DNA of 64,000 nt from an uncultured Acidimicrobiia bacterium (GTDB lineage Bacteria > Actinomycetota > Acidimicrobiia > Acidimicrobiales > JACDCH01). The notes beneath the pieces were generated by a model. The model had not been told where the DNA came from and ran no database searches. It saw nothing but the letters and a program-made list of their open reading frames with translations. The DNA lies in contig CAWIZW010000012.1 of assembly GCA_963840695.1 (NCBI GenBank), positions 154,424 to 218,423 on the forward strand, given 5' to 3'. Made by a program: the position numbers and the translations under genes. The stretch's first letter is position 1; every line of letters starts with the position of its first letter. This document shows, one piece after another, positions 10,287-20,645 of the stretch.

Positions 10287-11066
10287 TCAGCTCCGAAGTG
10301 CGCCGGGCTCATCGAGCCACCGGTTCAGGGCGAGGTTGCGAGCGTTGCGCAGGGCGAAGGTGTGCTGCACCGCCTTCCGGATGCGCCGCTGCGCCCCGGC
10401 GGTGACGGCGACCTGCCGCAACAGGTAGTCGGCGGCGTCGCCGTGGTCGGCCTCGGCATAGGCGTGCACCTTGAAGTTCTCGACCTCGATGCCGTAGTGC
10501 TCGCGCAGGCCCTCGTACATGAGCTTGGCGTAGCCGGTGCTCGCCGCGAACCGCTCACCGGCCCAGCCGAACGCGGCCAGCCCCTCCTCGTAGCTGCGGC
10601 GCATGAAGTAGCACGACGTGAACACGAGTCCGATCGTCTCCGGCAACGGGACGTACTCGAGCAGCTCGTCGTCGGAGATGCCGAGCATCCGTGCCCACTC
10701 GACCTTCATGTCGACGTGGTTGCGGTCACCGGCGAAGCCGGTCTCGTCGGCCAGGTTCTGGCACCAGTGGATGAAGTGCTCCGACGACGCCAGGTCGAGG
10801 GCGTCGGTGTCGGGGCTGTTCGACACGAGCGAGCCGAACTCGGCCGTGTACCAGACCCCGAGGAAGTAGTACTCCTTGCAGAAGCGGCGGAGGTGCTCCT
10901 CGGAGAGCCGGCCGTCGGCGACCGCCTGCCACACCTGGTTGCGCGTCGTGACCGTCCCGGCCTGGACCGCCTCGAGCTGCGCCATGAACGCGTCGACCGG
11001 CAGCGCCTCGGCGCTCGCCGCCCGCCCCCGGACGTCGGCGAACGGCCGGGCCTGCGTAGCTGACAT
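10287..11066 (-). CDS. Heme-oxygenase-like fold (TenA/PqqC superfamily) iron-containing redox enzyme family protein
   Basis: The gene is intact. The helical protein includes RFCKEYYFLGVWYTAEFG and HAYAEADHGDAADYLL. ATG 11066 sits 7 nt after a TAACCT hexamer, which suggests a leaderless transcript. Confidence 0.6.
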   Translation of the reverse strand: MSATQARPFADVRGRAASAEALPVDAFMAQLEAVQAGTVTTRNQVWQAVADGRLSEEHLRRFCKEYYFLGVWYTAEFGSLVSNSPDTDALDLASSEHFIHWCQNLADETGFAGDRNHVDMKVEWARMLGISDDELLEYVPLPETIGLVFTSCYFMRRSYEEGLAAFGWAGERFAASTGYAKLMYEGLREHYGIEVENFKVHAYAEADHGDAADYLLRQVAVTAGAQRRIRKAVQHTFALRNARNLALNRWLDEPGALRS

Positions 11067-11075
11067 GCGTGTCAG
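11060..11075. promoter_or_regulatory. Palindromic operator-like site 4a (CTGACAtgcgTGTCAG)
   Basis: The right flank is GTTA. The site contains the minus-strand ATG 11066. It lies in the divergent gap between the TenA-like/liv operon and the cupredoxin gene. Confidence 0.6.
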
Positions 11076-11086
11076 GTTAGTCGGAC

Positions 11087-11102
11087 CTGACACGCACGTC
11101 AG
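11087..11102. promoter_or_regulatory. Palindromic operator-like site 4b (CTGACAcgcaCGTCAG)
   Basis: It lies 11 bp from site 4a. In the minus orientation it sits just upstream of the TAACCT -10 candidate for the 11066 gene. Confidence 0.6.
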
Positions 11103-11193
11103 GGTTGCGGGCCCGAGGTCCCTTGTCGACGGCGCGCGCGCGCGTTAGGGTCCGGCGGCCGCTGGGGCGACATCGAACACAAGGGGATGAGGC

Positions 11194-12095
11194 ATGGGGC
11201 GTGGTCGGATCGTGTGTGTGGCAGCCGCGGCGCTGGCGCTGGTGGCTGGCGGTTGCGGGGATGACTCCGACGACGGTGGCGGGGGCGAGGCCCTCGACGT
11301 CACCGCCGTCGACTTCGCCTTCCAGGACCTGCCAGAGGAGATCGACGGCGGCACGGTGACGGTCAACCTCACCAACGACGGCGAGGCCGACCACGAGATC
11401 ACCTTCGTGGAGATCGGCGACACCCCGATCGACCAGTTCTTCGAGGACTTCGAACCGGTCATCACCGAAGGCGCTCCCGTTCCCCGACTACGTCGGCGAC
11501 AGTCGTCGGTGCCAACGAGGCGGCCGCCGGGCGAGTCGGACACGTTCACCTACACGTTGCCCGGCGGGACCTACGCCGTGTTCTGCTGCGCTGACGGGCA
11601 CCGCCGAGGATCCCGAAGGGGAGGACGGTGCCGCCGCACTTCGTCCAGGGCATGCAGCAGTCGGTCACCGTGACGGCGACGGGATCCGACGACATCGACC
11701 TGCCCGACGGCGACGGGACGATCACGGCGAGCGACTACACCTTCGACGTCGACCTGTCAGCGGGCGACACGTCATCAACTTCTCGAACGACGGCCCGAAC
11801 GACCACTTCGCCGGCTTCGACCTGTACCCGGAGGGGACGACCGTGGAGGAGGCGGAGGAGGCCTTCGCCACGCTGTTGAGCCTGGAGGAGGGCGGCGAGC
11901 CACCGGAGGGCGACGCTCCTCGGCGAGGAGCTCGGCTTCAGCGGGATCGCCAGCGAGGGCGAGGCCATCCAGTTCGAGGTCGAGCGGCCCTCGAACGCCG
12001 GGACCTACCTCTTCTACTGCTTCATCAGCGACCGGGCCGGCGGGCCGCCGCACGCCGTCGGGGAGCAGATGTACAAGGCCTTCGTCATCGAGTAG
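11194..12095 (+). pseudogene. Cupredoxin-like lipoprotein with two plastocyanin-like modules, frameshifted
   Basis: It has a lipobox (LALVAGGCGDD). The two modules are TVNLTNDGEADHEITF ... GTYAVFC and INFSNDGPNDHFAGF ... GTYLFYCFISDRAGGPPHAVGEQM (Cys-His-Met copper-ligand spacing). They are spread over several frames. Confidence 0.5.
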
Positions 12096-12133
12096 CCGGA
12101 CGACGGGCACGGCCTCGCCCCCCGCTATCGTTC

Positions 12134-12149
12134 CTGACATCGATGTCAG
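12134..12149. promoter_or_regulatory. Palindromic operator-like site 5 (CTGACAtcgaTGTCAG)
   Basis: It is followed by TAGGGG (12151-12156), then 8 nt, then GTG 12165 of the hydantoinase B gene. Confidence 0.65.
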
Positions 12150-12164
12150 GTAGGGGGTGAGGCC

Positions 12165-13982
12165 GTGCACGTCGACCAGGTGAGGTTGGCCGGCCGCCGC
12201 CAGCGGCTGGCCGGCGGTGCCCCGATCGACCCGATCACCGCCGAGGTGATCCGGAACGTGATGGAGACGGTCTGCTACGAGATGGCGACCTACGTCTCCC
12301 GCACGGCGACGACCCCGATCCTCAACCAGTCGAACGAGCGCAACGCCACGATCCTCGACGCGCGGGGCCGGCTGGCGGCCCTCTCGGTCGGCATCCCGCA
12401 GTTCATGCTGACCTCGACGCTGCCGGTTCGCTTCGCCCTCGAATTCCTCGGCGTGGAGGAGTTCCGGCCGGGCGACGTGTTCGTGGCCAACGACCCCTAC
12501 CACGGCGGCGGGCACCTCCCCGACTACAACGTCTTCGCCCCGGTGCACGTCGACGGCCGGTTGCTGCTGATCGCGTCGATCCAGTGCCACCACGGCGACA
12601 CCGGCGGCGCCGTGCCCGGCGGGTACAACGTGACCGCCAACGACATCTGGGGCGAGGGGGTGCGCTGGCCCGTGGTCAAGGTGGTCGACCGCGGCGTCGA
12701 GCGCCGCGATGTCCTCTACGCCCTCCAGGCCAACAACCGGATCCCCGACTTCATCGGCGACCTCCGCGCCCAGATCGGCGCCGCCCAGCTCGCCGTGGGC
12801 CGCCTCGGCGAGCTCCTGGCCCGCCAGGGCGAGGCGGCGGTGACGGCGTCGGTCGACGCCATGATCGACTACGCCGCCCGGCGCTTCCGCGAGGAGGTCC
12901 GGGCCTGGCCCGACGGCACCTACGAGGCCGACTGCTGGGTCGACCACGACCCCCTCGGGCACCCCGACATCCACCTCCACGCCGCCATCACCGTCGACGG
13001 CGAGCACCTCGTCATCGACTTCACCGGCAGCGACACGCGCCCGGAGCTCCAGGCGTGGTCGACCTTCGGCAACACGCGCGGGTACACGATCGCCCAGATC
13101 GCCTCGATGATGGACCCGGAGATCCCGAAGAACGAGGGGTTCTTCGACTCGATCGAGCTCATCGTGCCGCCGGGGTGCGTGCTCAACCCGCCGCCCGGCA
13201 AGCCGGTGTCGGCCGGGACCCACCACCCCGGCGCCGACGTGGGCGAGGTGATCGCCCTGGCGATGGCCGACGTGCTGCCCGACAAGGCCGTCCCGCAGGT
13301 GTACAAGACCGGCATCCCGACGATCATCGTCGGCGTCGACCCCCGCACCGGCCAGCCCTTCACCGACCACTCGGCCGAGGTGTACGCCGGGTGGTGCAAC
13401 GCGGCCAAGGGCATGGATGCGTGGGGCGCCCAGAACGCCGCCTTCGGCAACCTCTGGAAGGCGACGGCCGAGATCAACGAGGCGCTCTACCCCCACGTGC
13501 AGTGGAGCCGCGACTACCGCACCGACTCCGGCGGGCCGGGCCGGTGGCGGGGGCTCTGCGGCAGCCACTACGTGAAGGAGGTCAGGGTCGACGCCAAGGT
13601 GTACACGTACGTCGTCGGCATGCGGTACCCGATGCCGGGGATGTGCGGCGGAAAGCCGGGGGCGCCGAACCAGCTCACGATCCGGTACGGGTCCGACGAC
13701 CCGTTCGTCGTGGCCCACACCGCCGACTGGGTCCCCATCGGCGCGGGCCAGCGCCTCTGCTACGACTACGGCGGGGGCGGCGGATGGGGCGATCCGCTCG
13801 AGCGCGAGGCGCAGGCGGTGCTCGACGACGTGCTCGACGAGTACGTGTCGGTGGACGGCGCCCGCCGTGACTACGGCGTCGTGCTCACCGGCTCGCTCGA
13901 CGACCTGTCGTTGGCCGTCGACGAGGCCGCCACCGCCGAGCTCCGAGCGTCCCGGCGCGAGGCGCCGGGTACACGTTCGTGA
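12165..13982 (+). CDS. Hydantoinase B / oxoprolinase family protein
   Basis: The ORF is an intact 605 aa. Family-typical segments are DPITAEVIRNVMETVCYEM, NDPYHGGGHLPDYNV and DYGGGGGWGDPLERE. Confidence 0.85.
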   Translation: MHVDQVRLAGRRQRLAGGAPIDPITAEVIRNVMETVCYEMATYVSRTATTPILNQSNERNATILDARGRLAALSVGIPQFMLTSTLPVRFALEFLGVEEFRPGDVFVANDPYHGGGHLPDYNVFAPVHVDGRLLLIASIQCHHGDTGGAVPGGYNVTANDIWGEGVRWPVVKVVDRGVERRDVLYALQANNRIPDFIGDLRAQIGAAQLAVGRLGELLARQGEAAVTASVDAMIDYAARRFREEVRAWPDGTYEADCWVDHDPLGHPDIHLHAAITVDGEHLVIDFTGSDTRPELQAWSTFGNTRGYTIAQIASMMDPEIPKNEGFFDSIELIVPPGCVLNPPPGKPVSAGTHHPGADVGEVIALAMADVLPDKAVPQVYKTGIPTIIVGVDPRTGQPFTDHSAEVYAGWCNAAKGMDAWGAQNAAFGNLWKATAEINEALYPHVQWSRDYRTDSGGPGRWRGLCGSHYVKEVRVDAKVYTYVVGMRYPMPGMCGGKPGAPNQLTIRYGSDDPFVVAHTADWVPIGAGQRLCYDYGGGGGWGDPLEREAQAVLDDVLDEYVSVDGARRDYGVVLTGSLDDLSLAVDEAATAELRASRREAPGTRS

Positions 13983-14065
13983 CAGCGGCAGGATGCCGCC
14001 CCCGGGCAGCGAGCCGGTCTCGCATGCCGTGTGAGCGGAGCCGCAGGACAGCGGCGGAGCGAACG

Positions 14066-16110
14066 ATGAGGATCGCGGTGGATGTCGGCGGGACCTTCAC
14101 CGACGTCGTCTGCGTGACGGCCGACGCCGAGCTGCTGCTCGACAAGGTCCCGACCACGCTCGAGGACCAGTCGATCGGTGTGATGGACGGCATCGCCCGC
14201 GTCGCCGAGCGGCTCGGGCTCGACGTGGCGTCGTTCCTCGGCGGCCTCGAGGTCGTCGTCCACGGGACGACGATCGCCGACAACACCATGATCGAGATGG
14301 ACGGCGCCGCCACCGGATTGCTGGTCACCGAGGGCCATCGCGACGAGATCGAACTGCGGCGGGTCCACAAGGAGGCGATCTGGGACCCGTCGTACCCGGC
14401 GCCCATCCCCATCGCTCGTCGGCGGGCCCGCATCCCGATCCCCGAGCGGATCGACCACACCGGTGCGGTGCTGCTGCCCCTCGACGAGGAGGCCGTCCGG
14501 CGCGGCGTGCGACGGCTCCGGCAGCTCGGCGTGCGCTCGATCGCGGTCCTGTACCTCTTCTCCTACGTCGACCCGACCCACGAGCTGCGCACGCGCGAGT
14601 TGATCCTCGACGAGTACCCCGACGTCGAGCACGTGTCGCTGTCGCACGAGGTCCTCGCGGCCGGACCGGAGTTCGAGCGCACCAGCACGACGCTCGTCAA
14701 CGCCTACGTGGCACCGCGGGTCGCCGCCTACACGGGCCGGCTCGTCGAACGGTTGCGGGCCGCGGGCTACGCCGGCCCGGTCCAGATCGTCCAGGCGACC
14801 GGCGGCGTGATGCCGCCCGACCACGTCGTGCGCCGCGCCGTGACGTTGCTGGGCTCGGGCCCGACCGGTGGGGTCATGGGCGCGGCCGTGGCCGCCGCGC
14901 AGCGCGTCGGCGCCCGACTTCCTCGCCGTCGACATGGGCGGCACGAGCTTCGACATGTGCCTCGTGCGGGGCGGCACCCCCGAGATCCGCACCGACCGGA
15001 ACTGGCGCTACCGCTACTACATCGGCGTCCCCATGGTCGACGTCCGCTCGATCGGCGCCGGCGGTGGGTCCGTGGCGCGGGTGCGGGAAGGGGCGCTGCT
15101 CGTCGGGCCCGAGTCGGCCGGTGCCGTGCCCGGGCCCGCCTGCTACGGGCGGGGCGGCGACCGCGCCACGGTGACCGACGCCGATGCCGTGCTCGGGTTC
15201 CTGCCCGTGCAGGGCTTCGCCGGCGGGCGCATGACCCTCGACGTCGAGGCGTCGCGCGCTGCCATCGAGCGCGACGTCGCCGGTCCCCTCGGGCTCGACC
15301 TGATCGCGGCGGCATGGGGGATCGAGCGGATCGTCAACGCCAACATGGCGAACGGGATGCGCCGGGTCGCTCGCCGGCTACGGCGCCGACCCGCGCCAGC
15401 TCGCCCTCGTGGCCTACGGCGGCAGCGGCGCGCTGCGGGCCTGCGCTTTGGCCGAGGAGCTCGGCTCGGGCCGCGTGCTGGTGCCGAAGTCGGCCCCGGT
15501 GTTCTCGGCCCTCGGTTGCTTGTGCGCCGAGCCGGCGGTCGACATCGTCCGCACGTACGTGACCCCCATCAGCCAGGTCGACCTCGACCGCCTCCGGAGC
15601 CTCCTCGACGAGCTCGTGCTCGAGGCCGGCAAGGAGCTGCCGGGCGCCTTCGAGGCGACCCTCTACGTCCAGATGGCGTACTCGGGGCAGAACGCCGACA
15701 CGAGCGTCCCGGTGCCGGAGGGGTCGGCGCTCGGTCCCAGCGGGCTGCTCGACCTGGCCGAGCGCTTCCACGACCTCCACGAGTCCGACCGCGGCTTCGC
15801 CTTCCGCCAGCAGCAGCCCCAGGTGCGGGGCGTCCGGCTCGTCGCCAAGGTCGCCACCGACAAGCCGGGCGCGCTGGCCGTGCTGGGGTCGGTCACCGAC
15901 GCCGCCGGCGCGGCGCTCGGCACCCGTCCGGTCTGGTTCGGCGACGGGTGGGTCGAGACGCCGGTGGTCGACGGCGCCGTGCTCGGTGCGGGCTTCGCTG
16001 CCGAGGGCCCGTGCCTCGTGCAGGAGCCGTTCACCGTCGTCGCGGTGTGGCCCGGCTGGCGGGTCGCGCTGGGCGCCCACGGGAGCTACGACCTGACCCG
16101 TGGGGAGTGA
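14066..16110 (+). pseudogene. Hydantoinase A / oxoprolinase family protein, two frameshifts (about 14900 and 15365)
   Basis: MRIAVDVGGTFTDVV, then FLAVDMGGTSFDMCLV in a second frame, then LVAYGGSGALRACALAEELG through to the end in a third frame. Confidence 0.8.
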
Positions 16111-16143
16111 CGCCGAGCTGCTCCTCACCGCGGCTCACCCACT

Positions 16144-16192
16144 GAATTGGCGGTGGTTGTTCGGTCCATGCGCCGACAACCACCGCCAGTTC
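16144..16192. repeat. REP-like hairpin element, copy A (GAATTGGCGGTGGTTGT / ACAACCACCGCCAGTTC arms)
   Basis: It has a 17-bp stem with 1 mismatch and a 15-nt loop, followed by GGGATTTT. It lies between convergent gene ends (16110 + and 16200 -). A second copy is at 57624-57672. Confidence 0.6.
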
Positions 16193-16199
16193 GGGATTT

Positions 16200-16976
16200 T
16201 CAGTCGGGGCCGAGGCCCATGAGGTCGGTGATGGCGTGGTCGCGGCCTGCGGTGTACCCGCCGTCGACGCAGAGGGCCTGACCGGACACGAACGAGGCGT
16301 CGGGCGACAGGAGGAACGCCGCCATCGCCGCCACCTCCTCGGGCCGGCCGAACCGGCGCAGCTTGTGCTCCCGGAGCATCTGCGCCGTTGGCTCCTCCAT
16401 CCCGGGCATCCCGAACACGCCGCTCGTCAGGGGGGTGTCGATGAACCCGGGGCAGATGGCGTTGGCCCGGATGCCCCGGGCGCCGTAGTCGATGGCGACG
16501 TTCTTCGTCAGCATGACGACACCGCCCTTCGATGCGTTGTAGACGCTGCCCCCCGCGGTGCCCTCGATGCCCTCGACCGAGGCGAGCGTCACGATCGACC
16601 CGCGCTCGTCGTCGACCGGCGCCTGGTGGAGCATCTTCTGCACCGCGGCGCGCACGACCAGGAAGGTGCCCGTCAGGTTGACGGCGAGCACGCGGTCCCA
16701 CTCGGCCGTCTCGAGCAGGTGCACCGGACCGCCGCCGGCGACGCCGGCCGCGTGCACGACACCGTCGAGCCGGCCGTCGATCCCGGCGAACAGCGCGTGC
16801 ACGGCGTCCTCGTCGGTCACGTCGACCCGCTCGGCGCGGCAATCGAGGCCGTCCGCCGCGGCAACGTCGGCCGCGACGACTGACGCCCCTTCGCCGAGGA
16901 GCCGGCGGGCCGTCGCCTGACCGATCCCCGATGCCGCGCCGGTCACCACGACCGTGCGCCCTTCGAACCTGCCCAT
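16200..16976 (-). CDS. SDR family oxidoreductase
   Basis: The gene is intact. Motifs are [19 protein letters not shown] (YxxxK) and the PGFIDTP region. Confidence 0.85.
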   Translation of the reverse strand: MGRFEGRTVVVTGAASGIGQATARRLLGEGASVVAADVAAADGLDCRAERVDVTDEDAVHALFAGIDGRLDGVVHAAGVAGGGPVHLLETAEWDRVLAVNLTGTFLVVRAAVQKMLHQAPVDDERGSIVTLASVEGIEGTAGGSVYNASKGGVVMLTKNVAIDYGARGIRANAICPGFIDTPLTSGVFGMPGMEEPTAQMLREHKLRRFGRPEEVAAMAAFLLSPDASFVSGQALCVDGGYTAGRDHAITDLMGLGPD

Positions 16977-17070
16977 GCCCCGGCCCCCTTGACAACTCAG
17001 CGGTTTCTGTCCAACTGTCTAGCGCATCGGCGAAGCCCTCAGCACCGAGGAACGGATCCTGGACGCGGCC

Positions 17071-17604
17071 GTGCGCTGCCTCGGGCGGTTCGGCATCCGG
17101 CGCACCTCCATGGCCGACGTCGCCACCGCCGCCGGTCTCTCCCGCGCCACCGTCTACAACCACTTCCCCGACCGGGAGGCGCTGCTCGAGGCCGTCACCG
17201 TCCGGCTGGCGCGCGCCTTCGTGGCCGAGAGCGAGCCGGTCGTGCGGCGCCGCCGCAGCCTGGCCGCCCAGGTCGGTGAGGCGGCCGTGTTCATCCGCGC
17301 CCACCTCGGCGACCAGTCCTTCGCGCCCGCCCCACCCGGCGAGGAGGACCACCTCCTCGCCGTGCTCCTCTCGGCCCGCGCCACCCATCTCGTCGAGGCC
17401 TGGGTCGCCTTCTGGGACCCGTTCCTCGCCGCGGCCGAGGCTCGCGGTGAGATCCGCCCCGGCCTCGACCACCGCCAGGCCGGCGAGTGGATCGTCCGGC
17501 TCCTGCTGTCCTTCGCCGTCATGCCCTCGGTGACCGTCGACCTCGACGATCCCGCCGCCGTCCGCGCCTTCGTGCGTACCCACCTCGTCCCCGGACTGGA
17601 GTAA
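17071..17604 (+). CDS. TetR/AcrR family transcriptional regulator (TetR-1); the true start is probably upstream of 17071
   Basis: The HTH is RRTSMADVATAAGLSRATVYNHF. The in-frame upstream sequence (STEERILDAAV, open from 17023) belongs to the fold, but no ATG/GTG/TTG is present there. A TTGACA hexamer lies at 16989-16994. Confidence 0.7.
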   Translation: MRCLGRFGIRRTSMADVATAAGLSRATVYNHFPDREALLEAVTVRLARAFVAESEPVVRRRRSLAAQVGEAAVFIRAHLGDQSFAPAPPGEEDHLLAVLLSARATHLVEAWVAFWDPFLAAAEARGEIRPGLDHRQAGEWIVRLLLSFAVMPSVTVDLDDPAAVRAFVRTHLVPGLE

Positions 17605-17606
17605 CG

Positions 17607-18712
17607 ATGCGCTTCGCCCTGTTCTACGAGATCCCGGTGCCCCGGCCGTGGGGACCCGACAGCGAGCGCCTCGCCTACGAGCACACGCTCGAGCAGGCCG
17701 TCGCCGCCGAGCGCTTCGGCTGGGACGCCTTCTGGACCGTCGAGCACCACTTCCTCGAGGAGTACTCGCACTGCTCGAACCCCGAGGTGCTCTACGGCGC
17801 CATCGCCGCCCGCACCGAGCGGATCCGCCTCGGCTACGGCGTCCGGCTGATGCCCAAGCCCTACAACCACCCGGTGCGCACCGCCGAGTCGGCGGCCGTG
17901 CTCGACCTGATCTCCGGCGGGCGGGTCGACGTCGGCACCGGGCGGTCGGCCACCCGGGCCGAGCTCGAGGGCTTCGGCATCGACCCCGCCGAGACCCGGG
18001 AGATGTGGCAGGAGGCGATCGGTCACGTCGTCGGCTGCTGGACGAACGACGAGTACGACTTCGAGGGCAAGCACTGGTCGATGCCGAACGCGGCGCGTGC
18101 TGCCGAAGCCGATGCAGAAGCCGCACCCGCCGCTGTGGGGGGCGACGAGCAGCGACGACGGCCACGCTCAGGTCGGCAGCCTCGGCCTCGGTCTGTGCTC
18201 GTTCGCCGTCGGTCTCCCGCCGGAGGAGGTCAAGGCGAAGATCGACATCTACCGGGAGGCGGTGCGGGGCTGCACGGAACCGATCGGCAAGTGGGTCCAC
18301 GACGAGGCCGCCACCTTCACGATGGCCCTCTGCGCACCCGATCGCGACGAGGCGTGGGCGACGGCCCGGGAGTCCTTCGAGTGGTACCCGAAGACCGGCG
18401 CCCGCCAGATCGCCACGCTCACCGGCTACATGGCGGACCGCAAGCAGGACCTCGGGAGCTACGCCTACGCCAAGGACCTGTCGAACGTCGACGAGCAGGG
18501 CATGCTCGACCTCCTCACCCTCGAGTACCTCGCCGAGACCGGCGCCTGCGTCCTCGGCACGCCCGACGACTGCTACGACGATGTGCAAGCGCTACGAGGA
18601 GGCGGGCGTCGACCTGCTGCTGTGCCTGGTCAACCCGTACTCGATCCCGCACGAGTCGGTGCTGCAGACCATCGAGCTGCTCGGCACCGAGGTCATCCCG
18701 CGGTTCCGCTGA
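17607..18712 (+). pseudogene. LLM-class (luciferase-like) flavin-dependent oxidoreductase, two frameshifts
   Basis: MRFALFYEIPVPRPWG...FWTVEHHFLEEYSHCSNPEV, then LPKPMQKPHPPLWGATSS, then CKRYEEAGVDLLLCLVNPYSIPHESVLQTIELLGTEVIPRF. These segments lie in three frames. Confidence 0.75.
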
Positions 18713-18720
18713 AGGTCAAC

Positions 18721-18736
18721 TTGACCGACTGGTCAA
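18721..18736. promoter_or_regulatory. Palindromic operator-like site 6, variant (TTGACCgactGGTCAA)
   Basis: It has the same TGAC-N6-GTCA core and overlaps a second palindrome GGTCAAcTTGACC (18714-18726). It is followed by TAGGGT (18739-18744), then 6 nt, then GTG 18751. Confidence 0.5.
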
Positions 18737-18750
18737 GGTAGGGTCGCGAG

Positions 18751-19822
18751 GTGACCGCCACCTCCCGACCCGTGCGCGAGGAAGCGCAGCCGGCGACCGA
18801 GCAGGTCACCGAGCCGGTTCCCGGGATCCTGCGCCTGCAGCTGCCGCTGCGCATGCCCGGCCTCGGCCACGTCAACTGCTACGCCCTCGAGGACGACAGG
18901 GGCTGGACGGTGGTCGACCCCGGCATGCCCGGTCCGAAGCCGTGGAAGGCGATGGCGGCCCGCTTCGCGACCGCAGGGTTCGAGCCGCGTCACGTCCACA
19001 CCGTCGTGGTCACCCACAGCCACATCGACCACTTCGGTGGCGCCGGCCGGCTGCGGACGACGGCCAACGCCGAGGTCGTGTCGTCGAAGAGCTTCCGCAC
19101 GTGGTGGGACCCCGACGATCACGACGACCCCGACGCGTGGGAGGGCGTGGACTTCGACGGTGACGCGGCCCCGTGGGACCGCGGCACGCCGTGGGGCGGC
19201 GACCACCCCCGGCCGCCGTTCAGGGTGCGCATGAAGTACCGGCTCCTGAAGCCGATGTCGAGGCGCTTCTTCCCGACACCGAGCCCGTCGGTCCGCCTCG
19301 ACGACGCGCAGCGGGTCGTCCTCGGCGGCCGCGAGTGGGTGGCCATGCACACGCCGGGGCACACGCCCGACCACCTGTGCCTCTTCGACGCCGACGGCGG
19401 CGTGCTCCTCTCGGGCGACCACGTGCTGCCGACGATCACGCCTCACATCTCCGGCGTCGACGCCGGGCCCGATCCCCTGAGCGCCTTCGAGGCGTCGCTC
19501 GACAAGGTCGCCGCCGTCCCGGGCGTGCGCCACGTGCTGCCGGCGCACGGCCACCCCTTCACCGACCTCGTCGGTCGGGTCGGCGACATCCGCCGCCACC
19601 ACGACGAGCGGCTCGACCGGCTCCGCGGGTTCATGGAGGAGCTCGGGCGCGGCGACCGTCGTCGATCTGTCGCACCGGCTGTTCCGCCCGCAGGTCTGGG
19701 GCTCGATGGCCGAGAGCGAGACCTACGCCCACCTCGAGCACCTCCGCCTCGCCGGCGAGGTCAACCGGCGCGAGCTCACCCCGCCCGGCCCCGGGGGACG
19801 GTTCGAGTACTCGTTGCGCTGA
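18751..19822 (+). pseudogene. MBL-fold metallo-hydrolase, one frameshift near 19650
   Basis: The HxHxDH motif is VVVTHSHIDHFGG. Further on are MHTPGHTPDH and LPAHGHPF. The tail AESETYAHLEHLRLAGEVNRREL is in another frame. Confidence 0.75.
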
Positions 19823-19888
19823 CCCAGGCTCCTGTCGTGCCCGACGCAGTGCGGGCTCGGGAGCGCATCCTGCGCTAGTACTGGCCGG

Positions 19889-20635
19889 ATGCATCACGAC
19901 GAGCACCTCGGCCAGCTCTGGGAGCACGGACTCGGCCTCGCCTTCGCCGCCGAGCGGGCCGGGCTCGACGCCCCGGTGCAGTCGTGCCCGGGGTGGTCGG
20001 TGGCCGACCTCGTGTGGCACATCCTCGAGGTGCAGGACTTCTGGCGCTGGGTCGTCTCCGAGGAGGCGAGCGACCCGTCGGGCTACGCCGAGCCGGAGCG
20101 CCCGGCCGACGCCGAGCTGATCCCGGCGTACCGGCGCGGCGTCGATGCCCTCCTGGCGGTGCTCCGCGACGCCGAGCCCGAGACGCCGGTGTGGAGCTGG
20201 GCGCCGCGCGGGCACACGGCCGGGTGGGTCGTCCGGCGCCAGGCGCAGGAGGCCGCCGTGCACCGCTGGGATGCGGAGGCCGCGGCCGGCACCGACTGGG
20301 CCGTCCCGGCCGACCTGGCCGTCGACGGCGTCGACGAGTTCTTCGAGCACTTCGTCGACTCGCCAGGTGCCGGCGCCGCGGCCGTGGACGGCACCGTCCA
20401 CCTCCACTGCACCGACGCCGAGGGCGAGTGGCTCGTCACCGAGCCCGATGCGGCCGGGCGGCTCGCGGTCGCCACGGAGCACGCCAAGGGCGACGCCGCC
20501 GTGCGCGGCACCGCCTCCGACCTCCTGCTGCTGCTGTGGCGTCGCATCGGCCTCGACGACGAAGGCGACCGCTTCGAGGTCTTCGGCGACCGCGCCGTCC
20601 TCGACCGCCTCCTCGCCCGCACCGACCTCGGCTAG
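19889..20635 (+). CDS. DinB-like / maleylpyruvate isomerase N-terminal family (mycothiol-dependent enzyme family) protein
   Basis: The gene is intact. Segments CPGWSVADLVWHILEVQDFW and RRQAQEAAVHRWDAE are typical of the actinobacterial DinB-like family. Confidence 0.7.
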   Translation: MHHDEHLGQLWEHGLGLAFAAERAGLDAPVQSCPGWSVADLVWHILEVQDFWRWVVSEEASDPSGYAEPERPADAELIPAYRRGVDALLAVLRDAEPETPVWSWAPRGHTAGWVVRRQAQEAAVHRWDAEAAAGTDWAVPADLAVDGVDEFFEHFVDSPGAGAAAVDGTVHLHCTDAEGEWLVTEPDAAGRLAVATEHAKGDAAVRGTASDLLLLLWRRIGLDDEGDRFEVFGDRAVLDRLLARTDLG

Positions 20636-20645
20636 CGGGAGGGCG

